From positions 1 through 28,679 of the IMG/VR virus record IMGVR_UViG_3300020045_005498: a stretch of DNA of 28,679 nt. One strand, given 5' to 3'. Positions 19,029 through 26,908 of this stretch are shown piece by piece. The first letter of the stretch is position 1; the number at the start of each line of letters is the position of its first letter. A program made the translations under genes and the position numbers. Origin of the DNA: a virus. Its lineage: Duplodnaviria; Caudoviricetes. The notes beneath the pieces were generated by a model. It searched no databases. It was not told where the DNA came from and saw nothing but the letters and a program-made list of their open reading frames with translations.

Positions 19029-19429
19029 TCACCACAGCCACAATGCAATCACAGTTACGGGCTATCTTTCCGGGCATTGTTGATTGGCTACCGACCGACC
19101 GGGACTACCTCTTGGCAGACATCGAGACAGTCAGAAGCCTTATCACCAAATACCGAGATCCACTAAACAGATACATTCCGCAAGTGTGGGAATGTGAAGA
19201 GATCGCTTCAGCCTTCATGGTTGATGTCAGGCGCGGCGAATTGGCAGCAGGGAAGAAAAAGAACATGGCAATCGGGGAAGCACTTGGAACAAAGTGGAAC
19301 GGAGTTGAAAAGCGACACCATGCAAACATCTTCTTTTCTGCTGATGGGATTTATCTCTTCGACATGGTTACTCAAAAAATATGGCAGGCCAAACCAGGGC
19401 AAGACAAAATCTTTTTTGTGAGGATATAA
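19022..19429 (+). CDS. Putative papain/transglutaminase-like cysteine protease (MOA agglutinin C-terminal-like)
   Basis: WECEEIA (cf. DCDDFA), IGEALG, HHANIF (cf. HAxN), YLFD. Confidence 0.55.
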   Translation: MVITTATMQSQLRAIFPGIVDWLPTDRDYLLADIETVRSLITKYRDPLNRYIPQVWECEEIASAFMVDVRRGELAAGKKKNMAIGEALGTKWNGVEKRHHANIFFSADGIYLFDMVTQKIWQAKPGQDKIFFVRI

Positions 19430-21069
19430 TGAGTAGAAACATATTGTTAATTGTATTTTTGTTGCTCCTTGGGACAGGTTGTGGATTAAACAATCCTGGC
19501 CTATCCGATTTATCTCAGGATGTCGCGACCGTCGAGCTTGATGCCGATAACAACGGTGCGGTTGATATTGACAAAGGTGGGACGAACGAGACGACTATGG
19601 TCGAGATTGTCCCGACCGCTGATCTGACATTTGACCCTGTAACAGGTATATTTGGTGTTGCCACGACGATACCGCGGATTGCCGACATGGATACAAATGT
19701 TGAATTTGCCGCCATGTTTCCGCTTCTGTCCTTCGGCGGAGCTGTCAGTGTCACCGAACAACCAAACGATCCGCTTGCCGCTGAACTATCCACAGGCGAT
19801 TTGATCGTCGCAAGTATCAGCGGAGACATGTTTTATAAATCAGCGACTGGCCTTTATACTTTTGCCGGTGGCTATGTGGTTGACCCAACAATTCCCACAG
19901 CGTCTGACTGGGCTATTGACACAACTGGTTTAGTCCTCTCAGCGACATTCAGCGAATCTGTCTCTATCGGGGCCAACGGACAGGGAACAATCACATTGAG
20001 CTGTACTAATTCCGGCAACCATGCAATTACAGTTGATAGCGGTTTTCCTGGAGCGTCAGCCGTATTTGCAATTGGTAACGGGGCTGTCGAGGCAAGCACG
20101 ACAGACACTTGTGCCTTGTATCATACTCAACCAGGCGACGGTATCGAGGCAACTGACGATGGAACAGATTGGGCAAGCGTCGGTGCTCCTGGGGCAAGTG
20201 TCATCAATAGTAGCACGGAGCCGTCAACGTATGACATGGCTCTGACAATCACCGATACCTCAACGACCGGCGATACTTTTACGGTTGATGGTACTGCTTA
20301 CGATTACCTTGATTCTCCTGTAGCGGTCGAAGGTTTAAGTTCAGCCTCTGAGGCCATCACCTACACCGGCAGCAATACCGCCACCTGCACAGGCACTGCG
20401 GTAACTGGCGCAGGGCCATGGGCTGTTGATATGAGTGATAGTGCGGAGGATGTGGCTTGTGAGGTTACTGAGAGCGCTGTGACTTATCTGATAAATGAGG
20501 ATTTTAGCGGGACAGGTACACCTTCCGGCTGGGTTCTTACTGACACATCAGGAGCTTTCAACTTTGATGCGACGACGAACCCCTTTTCTCTATCAGGGCA
20601 GTATCTATCTATTGACTCTGCGGCGAATAGTATCAGCAAAAAGGTTTCTATTCCTGTCACCAACTACGCAACATCATATGGTGTTGCCCTGCTTAAAGTG
20701 CGAGATCTGACAACAAAAATCGCACCGATAGAGATCAGAAACTCAACTATAGCAATGGCTACACTTACTATCGAAACGAGTGGAAAGATCACCATAGGAA
20801 CCGCAGGTGGAACAGGTGTATTGACTGCTAATGTTGAAGTCGTAGTGGGAGAAGAATACTGGTTCAAATGGGTGTTTGTAACAGGCACAGGCAGTAATGC
20901 AACCTTGACAGTATCTATGTCTGATGATGGCGTAAACTGGGTACAAAAAGGGTCATCAACAAACGGAACAGCAACAGCCGACGTTGCATTTATAAACATT
21001 AATGGGACGTATTCCACTGCATCTGCCTATGATGTGAGAACTATTAAAGAATCCAATGAGAGTTTTTAA
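19429..21069 (+). CDS. Large acidic Thr/Ser-rich predicted lipoprotein with beta-sandwich domains
   Basis: Start moved to ATG 19429 (GAGGA RBS, TAATG overlap); MSRNILLIVFLLLLGTG-C signal with lipobox-like Cys; paired Cys; C-terminal EDFSG...W lectin-like domain. Confidence 0.65.
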   Translation: MSRNILLIVFLLLLGTGCGLNNPGLSDLSQDVATVELDADNNGAVDIDKGGTNETTMVEIVPTADLTFDPVTGIFGVATTIPRIADMDTNVEFAAMFPLLSFGGAVSVTEQPNDPLAAELSTGDLIVASISGDMFYKSATGLYTFAGGYVVDPTIPTASDWAIDTTGLVLSATFSESVSIGANGQGTITLSCTNSGNHAITVDSGFPGASAVFAIGNGAVEASTTDTCALYHTQPGDGIEATDDGTDWASVGAPGASVINSSTEPSTYDMALTITDTSTTGDTFTVDGTAYDYLDSPVAVEGLSSASEAITYTGSNTATCTGTAVTGAGPWAVDMSDSAEDVACEVTESAVTYLINEDFSGTGTPSGWVLTDTSGAFNFDATTNPFSLSGQYLSIDSAANSISKKVSIPVTNYATSYGVALLKVRDLTTKIAPIEIRNSTIAMATLTIETSGKITIGTAGGTGVLTANVEVVVGEEYWFKWVFVTGTGSNATLTVSMSDDGVNWVQKGSSTNGTATADVAFININGTYSTASAYDVRTIKESNESF

Positions 21070-21070
21070 T

Positions 21071-23014
21071 ATGCGAGGAATTATAATAAAACTGAATTCC
21101 GCCCTGCTTTTAATACTGTTATTCGCTCTCACTGTGTCAGCAGAAGAAATAGACGTTACGCGTGATGCAAATGGGTGGTCTGTATTTGTGCCACACGCTG
21201 ATGCCAGAATTATGTACGTTGATCCTGTAGGTGGAGATGATGGTGCAGCGGTTTATTATGCTCCATCTCATGCCGCAGTTGGTAGCGATCCATTTGACCC
21301 AATTGGGCCTATTGCAGCATATAGCACATTTACTGAGGCGTTGGGTGATGCGAGAACTGGTTACGGTGATTGGATTTTGCTGAAAAAAGGGATTGTCCTC
21401 AGGGAAAATACCGGCAGCGGCGGAGATCCATATGTTACCAGGCGTTTGCCTGCTGGATTGTCTGCTGCATACCCGACCTTATTTGGGACTTATGGAACCG
21501 GTGCAATGCCCAGGGTTGAAACAAGATCAATGGGCATAGATGTTCATGGCGCTGCATCATATGTTGCTGTACAGGGGATAGACTTTTACGCCTACACGCG
21601 CGATCCAGAAAACGTTGCCTTTGTACCGGAGGGGGATAACTCTTCAGCCGGTCTTCATTTATTTTCAGCGGGCAGTGCTGTCTCGACAGGTAGATTGATT
21701 GAGGGGTGTAAGTTTAGATTTTTTTACAATAACGGGCATGTCAGCGTACTCGCTGGTGATTGGGACGCTGGAGCCAGGATGGACGGTATAACCATACGTA
21801 GGACCAGTTTCCTTGATGCTTTTCCGGTTACTGCTGACGGCAGAGCACAAGGTCTTTTAATGGGCAGCGCCGGTGTCACTGTCGATGAGTGTATATTTGA
21901 CCATAACGGTTGGTTTGTGCAGGATGGCTCGAACATTGGTAACTCATTTAGCCAAAATATATACATGGGGTCAATGCAGGGCGTGACTGTTAAAAATACC
22001 ATATCTTCACGGCCAGCATCCATAGGTATAAAAAACGCTTCATACGGCGTTACTGGTCCAGGATATGGCCACGATGTTACTTGGACAGATAACCTCATTG
22101 TTGACGCTGAGGTTGCTTTGTCCTATTGGGCATTGGCTGTAACTGATGGGGGATTGCCTGGCGACGAGGATGTTGTTATCACCGGGAATGTCGTTTCGCA
22201 TACCGGCACAACCAGGCCGACAAACAGATCCCTTGCTTGGGGTTTCGATCCTGCTGGCATAAACAGGCTATTGTTCGCAGACAATCTCTTTGTGGATCAG
22301 GCGGCAGACCAACCAGGGTATTTGTTGCGTCCGAGAGGTTATCTTAAAGATGCAGTTTTCTCAGGTAACGTTTTCCACGATATTCCAGCGGGGTATGGTA
22401 TTAATCCTACTGTTGACACCTCCAACCCATATAACACTGACAGCAGTATAGAGTTTCGCGAAAATATCTTTGATCTTGTCGGTAATGTCAATCAGATTGC
22501 TTATGCGGCATACGATATATCCGGCACTATAAACCTTGCTGACAACACCTATTATAATGCGGCTGCGGATGGTACTAGATTTTACCATAACGGTATAAAC
22601 CGGACAGACGCACAGTGGATCTCGGAAACTGGAGATAACTCCGCATTTACGCAACCCACGTTTACCGATGACACGCGGTCGATAGAATCATACCTCGACA
22701 GTATCGGAGAGACAGCGACTATAGCCAGTTTTTATTTGTTGATAAGGTCTATGGGGTTTGATAATTGGGACACTCGCCTGACAGCACCTGCAGTAAACTC
22801 CTACATTCGCACAGGTTTCGACATGACCACAGCAGCGTTAACCTGTGCTCAGTACGCTCCAGCCTGTACCGTTGAAAACTGCGAGACTGATGGTTGGTAC
22901 TGGTACGATGATTCCTGTCACGGATCGGCAGAAGGAACACCACCAACCACGCAGCCATGGCGAGGCCCATTCCGCATAGGCGGCGCATCATTCCGTATGC
23001 CACGAGAACAATGA
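21071..23014 (+). CDS. Secreted right-handed parallel beta-helix protein (pectate-lyase/depolymerase-like)
   Basis: Signal peptide MRGIIIKLNSALLLILLFALTVSA|EE; YVDPVGGDD, GDWILLKKG, LIEGCKF, DECIFDHNGW and repeated xxxDN/GN coils; Cys-rich C-terminal module. Start could be 21056. Confidence 0.75.
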   Translation: MRGIIIKLNSALLLILLFALTVSAEEIDVTRDANGWSVFVPHADARIMYVDPVGGDDGAAVYYAPSHAAVGSDPFDPIGPIAAYSTFTEALGDARTGYGDWILLKKGIVLRENTGSGGDPYVTRRLPAGLSAAYPTLFGTYGTGAMPRVETRSMGIDVHGAASYVAVQGIDFYAYTRDPENVAFVPEGDNSSAGLHLFSAGSAVSTGRLIEGCKFRFFYNNGHVSVLAGDWDAGARMDGITIRRTSFLDAFPVTADGRAQGLLMGSAGVTVDECIFDHNGWFVQDGSNIGNSFSQNIYMGSMQGVTVKNTISSRPASIGIKNASYGVTGPGYGHDVTWTDNLIVDAEVALSYWALAVTDGGLPGDEDVVITGNVVSHTGTTRPTNRSLAWGFDPAGINRLLFADNLFVDQAADQPGYLLRPRGYLKDAVFSGNVFHDIPAGYGINPTVDTSNPYNTDSSIEFRENIFDLVGNVNQIAYAAYDISGTINLADNTYYNAAADGTRFYHNGINRTDAQWISETGDNSAFTQPTFTDDTRSIESYLDSIGETATIASFYLLIRSMGFDNWDTRLTAPAVNSYIRTGFDMTTAALTCAQYAPACTVENCETDGWYWYDDSCHGSAEGTPPTTQPWRGPFRIGGASFRMPREQ

Positions 23015-23112
23015 CCTATACATCAATCCACCTCGTCGAGTACCGAGACTATCCGCTATCTCCTGCACTGTCACGGGCTGAGGTTATAGCGGCGGTGCAG
23101 CGGGATAAATAA
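23011..23112 (+). CDS. Small hypothetical peptide (33 aa), not in ORF track
   Basis: ATGA overlap with the previous stop; MTYTSIHLVEYRDYPLSPALSRAEVIAAVQRDK. Confidence 0.4.
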   Translation: MTYTSIHLVEYRDYPLSPALSRAEVIAAVQRDK

Positions 23113-23121
23113 GGAGAAAAT

Positions 23122-23229
23122 ATGTTGAAATGGTTTGATGGTGTTTGTGACAGGGCATATTTTATTATGTTCGACATTATGACGATCTGGCAAAACATTC
23201 GTAAATCGAGAGGTAAGCCAATTGATTAA
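23122..23229 (+). CDS. Small amphipathic peptide (35 aa), not in ORF track
   Basis: Strong AAGGAG RBS; MLKWFDGVCDRAYFIMFDIMTIWQNIRKSRGKPID; overlaps the next start. Confidence 0.5.
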   Translation: MLKWFDGVCDRAYFIMFDIMTIWQNIRKSRGKPID

Positions 23230-23722
23230 AACAACAATCATTCCATACGCCGGCTGCAATATAGAAGTGCCAGAACTCCTCGCGCTTAATGACTACTGGC
23301 CCTATGGGTTACCGCTTGAGGATTGGCCTACATTCTGCGGTGCTGGGGAAGGCATAGGAGATAGAATTATCCCTGATACCATATGCGGTGTGCGGGTTGC
23401 CTGTTGCTGTTTTGAGCATGATATATCCTGGTGTATCGCAGACGGCTCCTTCGTCGATTTTATGAAAAGCAATCTCCGGCTTTATTGCAATCTTCGGGCT
23501 ATCGTTCTACCTCGTATCCCCTACTGGCAGAAGTTGGCAGCCGAGGCCAAATGCTTCTTTTATTTTGCTGCTGTTTGCACCGTTGGTCATAAGATATTCA
23601 AAAAACAGTTTTCCACCACAAAGCAATACCTCGACCCTTTCGACAACCCAGGCGTTAAGGAGAAACTTCACCGGCTGGCAATGGCAACGCTCAATTACCC
23701 GACACAGGACTATGCAAACTAA
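23222..23722 (+). CDS. Phospholipase A2-like protein
   Basis: FCGAG...IPD...CCCFEHD motif resembles the CG...CCxxHD signature of PLA2-like folds; GAGGT RBS, TTG start. Confidence 0.5.
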   Translation: MIKTTIIPYAGCNIEVPELLALNDYWPYGLPLEDWPTFCGAGEGIGDRIIPDTICGVRVACCCFEHDISWCIADGSFVDFMKSNLRLYCNLRAIVLPRIPYWQKLAAEAKCFFYFAAVCTVGHKIFKKQFSTTKQYLDPFDNPGVKEKLHRLAMATLNYPTQDYAN

Positions 23723-23966
23723 TGGCGACGATTCTTTCCTTCTTGAACTTGGTATAAAAATAGCTGGCTTTTTCGTCTCATTCGTCGGCGGGATTGTTAC
23801 AGCAACGTGGGTAGTTGCAAGCAAAATGAAGGGGATTGACGATAGGCTGAAATCGGTAGAAGCGATGCAGAACAAATGCCAGAATAACACCTTGGCGCGA
23901 ATTGACGATAAGCTCGACTCGATACATAGGCGGATTGATGAAATCTTAATACGGGGAAAAGAATGA
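23712..23966 (+). CDS. Putative holin-like membrane protein (1 TM + coiled coil)
   Basis: Start moved to ATG 23712 (CAGGA RBS); IAGFFVSFVGGIVTATWVVA followed by a heptad-rich tail; upstream of the endolysin remnant. Confidence 0.5.
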   Translation: MQTNGDDSFLLELGIKIAGFFVSFVGGIVTATWVVASKMKGIDDRLKSVEAMQNKCQNNTLARIDDKLDSIHRRIDEILIRGKE

Positions 23967-24151
23967 CACCAGTTGAACGAGTAGAAAGGATGTTGAGTAT
24001 GGAACCAGTACAGGAAAGAGATGCCGCCGGGATTATGATTTATTCAGCGGTCGAGTATAACAAAGGAATAAAAGAAGCCGCACAGGTGAAAAATGACGCT
24101 CGGAGAAAAAATGACGCTCGGAGAAAAACAGGAATTATTCTTCCGTCTTGA
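23963..24151 (+). CDS. Hypothetical protein (62 aa)
   Basis: ATGA overlap and GGGG RBS; the C-terminus overlaps the endolysin start. Confidence 0.5.
   Translation: MTPVERVERMLSMEPVQERDAAGIMIYSAVEYNKGIKEAAQVKNDARRKNDARRKTGIILPS
24093..24128 (+). repeat. Perfect 18-bp tandem duplication at endolysin start
   Basis: ATGACGCTCGGAGAAAAA x2. Confidence 0.95.
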
Positions 24152-24351
24152 GGCGCAATTACTCGCAAAAGCCCTGGAAATATGCACGTGATCTGAATTT
24201 TATCAAAGGTGGACGGTTGCTTGTCGAAACGAAATATTTTCAGGAGCTGGGCGAGTGGTGGGAAAGGCAGAATAAGCTTTGCATGTGGGGCGGTCGTTTT
24301 AAAAGCGGAGACGCAGGACATTTTAGTTTGACGCATGATGGACGGGCATGA
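24093..24351 (+). pseudogene. M15-family (L-Ala-D-Glu/D-Ala-D-Ala peptidase) endolysin with internal deletion and frameshift
   Basis: One frame gives MTLGEK-MTLGEKQELFFRLEAQLLAKALEICT* (24093-24191). The +1 frame gives ARDLNF...LGEWWE...WGGRF..DAGHFS..HDGRA*. The central RT..Q...SxH segment is missing. Confidence 0.75.
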
Positions 24352-24533
24352 GCAAAACAAAGCAGAACATACAGAAAAGCAAGCGCGGCGACGGTGCGGA
24401 ATTCTGGTCACGTAGACCGCTTGCCGGATTGCCTGTTTGCGCTGAAAATAAAAGGCTTTGCCGGCGTATTGAGCGGCGGCGAAAATGGCGGGAGATTATG
24501 CGGGAATTTCGCTTATGGGGGATGGCCAGTTGA
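24348..24533 (+). CDS. Small basic hypothetical protein
   Basis: 61 aa, Arg/Lys-rich, EFWSRRP motif; ATGA overlap. Confidence 0.6.
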   Translation: MSKTKQNIQKSKRGDGAEFWSRRPLAGLPVCAENKRLCRRIERRRKWREIMREFRLWGMAS

Positions 24534-24535
24534 TA

Positions 24536-24692
24536 TGTCAATTCCTGTCAACTGGTCTATTTAATCATTTTGTGGCTTTCCTTGCTGCTGTTGGCTGGGG
24601 GACAAGGGCTCGAACCTTGATAAGCGGAGTCAGAGTAATCGTATCGTCCGCAAACCCTTTGTGGCAAATGGTTGCAGAGGCACAAATTGACA
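24536..24692. promoter_or_regulatory. Candidate integrase arm-type sites flanking att core
   Basis: TGTCAATT (24536-24543), TGTCAACT (24546-24553) and inverted AATTGACA (24685-24692). Confidence 0.4.
24592..24636 (-). other. att core (attP-like): 3' half of tRNA-Gln(CTG)
   Basis: Minus strand ACTCTGACTCCGCTTATCAAGGTTCGAGCCCTTGTCCCCCAGCCA = anticodon loop CT-CTG-AC, T arm CAAGG-TTCGAGC-CCTTG, acceptor strand and GCCA; no 5' half; about 60 bp from the integrase stop. Confidence 0.88.
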
Positions 24693-24698
24693 GTATGG

Positions 24699-25760
24699 CT
24701 ACTCGTTGAATTTATTACCATTATTTACCCGCCTATTTTCACGCAATTTACGCCCTTCATCACCAACAAAATCCCTTCCCACATTGGTGTAAATCTTGTT
24801 CGTTGTCTCAATCGATGCGTGACCGAGAATCCTCTGCAATGCGTGTGGGTTCATTCCAGATTCAGCGGCCAGGGTTGCGAAAGTGTGCCGTAACAGGTGT
24901 TGATTTATGCCGGGGCGGTTCAGCCCTGCCTCCTTCACGGCACGTTTTAATTCTTTCCACATGGTAACATGTCTTGTCCCGGTTTTCTCACTGATGGTCA
25001 AATGTCCTTCCATTTTGATATCCAGGATTTTATAGAGCTCGTCTTCGAATCTGTCAGACAAAAACGGAACCTTCCGGTATTTATTCCCCTTGCCAAGCAC
25101 GTTGACAATCTTATGCGATTCGTCGATGTCTTCAACCTTCAGCGCCATTGCTTCCTCCAACCTCAAGCCGAGATCCGACATAAGTAGAAACGGGAGCCGG
25201 TAATGCGGTCGGATATGCTTGTAAATTGCGTCAAGCTGCCGTTGCGTTAGTGGGCGCTTCGGTTCGGCCGCGGTCCGTTTCTTGGCGAACCTGGGGAGCT
25301 TAAACGATATCGGCTGGCAATGTCCCTCATCTGCTGCCCATTTGAGCAGTGTGGAAAAATAATTGATGTGCTTGTTGATGGTGGCCGGCGCTAATCCTTT
25401 AGTCATGAGAGCGGCCTTGAATTCACTGAATACGGAGATTGACAACTGGATCGGTCGAAGGTTGCCGAAGAATGGTACTATGTAGAGGTCAATGGTAAAT
25501 CGGTAATCACGGATGGTTTTTGCTGCGGCCTCGTGCTCGTACCAGCGAAGGAAAGGGATTATTAATTCTTTGATATATGGCGATACAGACGTTACTTCTT
25601 CCGGGTTCTGTTGCCGTATTGACTTTTCGAAGGATAGCGCAGCTTCAAACGATCCCTCGAACGGCGACCGTGTTCGGCTGGTGCCATGACCGAGGTCAAT
25701 TATCCACCATGTTTTACCGGGGAACCGTTTATGTTTTGTCGGATGTGGCCTGACTGCCAT
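24699..25760 (-). CDS. int: Tyrosine integrase
   Basis: GLRLEE (R), GKGNK (K), HLLRH (HxxR), LGHAS (H), TTNKIY (Y); next to the att core. Confidence 0.96.
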   Translation of the reverse strand: MAVRPHPTKHKRFPGKTWWIIDLGHGTSRTRSPFEGSFEAALSFEKSIRQQNPEEVTSVSPYIKELIIPFLRWYEHEAAAKTIRDYRFTIDLYIVPFFGNLRPIQLSISVFSEFKAALMTKGLAPATINKHINYFSTLLKWAADEGHCQPISFKLPRFAKKRTAAEPKRPLTQRQLDAIYKHIRPHYRLPFLLMSDLGLRLEEAMALKVEDIDESHKIVNVLGKGNKYRKVPFLSDRFEDELYKILDIKMEGHLTISEKTGTRHVTMWKELKRAVKEAGLNRPGINQHLLRHTFATLAAESGMNPHALQRILGHASIETTNKIYTNVGRDFVGDEGRKLRENRRVNNGNKFNE

Positions 25761-25768
25761 AGTTTACC

Positions 25769-25999
25769 TCACGGGAAAATTGTGAATGTAACTGTGATGC
25801 TCAGGTTGTGACGATCTGCGTCTGTGCCGATTTCCAGGCACAGAACAACGAAAAGTACGACGAGAAGGAGATTGAAACAGATAACGAACATGACGACGGT
25901 AAACGTGTTGTCATGGCTATGCCATCCTTTGATGGTAATGTCATGTCCTGCCTGTAACGCTTGCCCATACGAATTTTGAAGGTCTTGCATCAACCCCAC
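25769..25999 (-). CDS. Small membrane protein between repressor and integrase
   Basis: One long hydrophobic segment FTVVMFVICFNLLLVVLFVVLCL; co-oriented with repressor and int; start may be ATG 25990. Confidence 0.45.
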   Translation of the reverse strand: MGLMQDLQNSYGQALQAGHDITIKGWHSHDNTFTVVMFVICFNLLLVVLFVVLCLEIGTDADRHNLSITVTFTIFP

Positions 26000-26043
26000 C
26001 CCCGAATGAATTATTGATTATAGGCGGGGCCGCGACAACACCG

Positions 26044-26478
26044 CTAGATAAAAAGCTTCTTTCCACCCATTAGCTTTGCGATTTCTTCCAGTGTTATCCT
26101 TATTTTGTCCTTCATTTCTTTTGGTGCGTAATCTCGGATAAGGTCAGCCAGGTCGTTATCATCAGACTTTCGCCTATCGACAGATATGTCCCCGGTGAAA
26201 CTACGATCACCTTCGAAATTATGCCCTGTTTGGACGGATATACCACACTCATTGCTTAAAGATTGGTCGGGCTTCTTTGTTCCCTTGTATCTTTGCGGAT
26301 TAATCCCGACGGCATCTTCTATATCTTTCCAACGGCCAGGCCCAGGGAAGGCAATGCCGTTTTCCCATTTATGTATTGCTGTTGCCGAAACGCCTAACTC
26401 TTTCGCCAGATCGTTTCCATTCATTCCCCGTGACTCTCTTGCCATAACAAGAGCATTGCCGAAGTCGTTCTTTTTCAT
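26044..26478 (-). CDS. XRE-family HTH repressor (CI-like, no peptidase domain)
   Basis: ARESRGMNGNDLAKELGVSATAIHKWENGIAFP; GGAGG RBS before ATG 26478; divergent from the early genes. Confidence 0.9.
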   Translation of the reverse strand: MKKNDFGNALVMARESRGMNGNDLAKELGVSATAIHKWENGIAFPGPGRWKDIEDAVGINPQRYKGTKKPDQSLSNECGISVQTGHNFEGDRSFTGDISVDRRKSDDNDLADLIRDYAPKEMKDKIRITLEEIAKLMGGKKLFI

Positions 26479-26526
26479 GTGTGACCTCCACAATTAATTT
26501 TATCGGTTGACTACATGCCCTTACTA

Positions 26527-26582
26527 TTCACCATGTGTGAACGATTTGCAACAATTATTTACACTATTTTACAATGAGTGAA
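26527..26582. promoter_or_regulatory. Operator-like palindromes TT(C/T)AC-N5-GTGAA
   Basis: TTCAC-catgt-GTGAA (26527-26541) and TTTAC-aatga-GTGAA (26568-26582) in the repressor/cro gap. Confidence 0.6.
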
Positions 26583-26591
26583 AAAAAGTTA

Positions 26592-26621
26592 TTGACAGTG
26601 AATAAAAGTTGGTGGTATAAC
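26592..26621 (+). promoter_or_regulatory. Early rightward sigma70 promoter
   Basis: TTGACA (26592-26597), 18-bp spacer, extended -10 TGgTATAAC (26613-26621). Confidence 0.8.
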
Positions 26622-26662
26622 CCCTCAACAGCAAAGGAACCGTAAGCAGATAACATTATGTA

Positions 26663-26905
26663 ATGATGTTATTTTTTGTCAAAAATCTAAACTTTTTTAA
26701 ACTTATGATACCTCTGATTAAACCAACCATGATTCACTACGTTTTGACAGGTGAAAGAAACCTGGGCGTAGAAAAGGCTAAAGTCGTCGCAAAATACACC
26801 AAAACTGACCCGATGGTGTGGCTGGATAAGTCCAGGGTCGGCGAGCGACGAAAGGCGTGGGAGAAGGCTTTCCCGAAAGTCAAGAAAAACGAGAAGAAGG
26901 GCTAA
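26663..26905 (+). CDS. Cro-like regulator (start uncertain)
   Basis: First gene after the early promoter; IKPTMIHYVLTGERNLGVEKAKVVA resembles a recognition helix and what follows it. Confidence 0.55.
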   Translation: MMLFFVKNLNFFKLMIPLIKPTMIHYVLTGERNLGVEKAKVVAKYTKTDPMVWLDKSRVGERRKAWEKAFPKVKKNEKKG

Positions 26906-26908
26906 CCA

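Noticed and set aside
24148-24351. Independent 67-aa gene
   Set aside because: Better explained as the out-of-frame C-terminal half of the endolysin; the TTG start has no convincing RBS
24592-24670. Complete tRNA-Gln gene
   Set aside because: No 5' acceptor strand or D arm; similarity stops at the anticodon loop
24485-25187. Plus-strand ORFs 24485..24709, 24672..24893 and 24969..25187
   Set aside because: They overlap the att site or lie antisense to the integrase, and show no motifs
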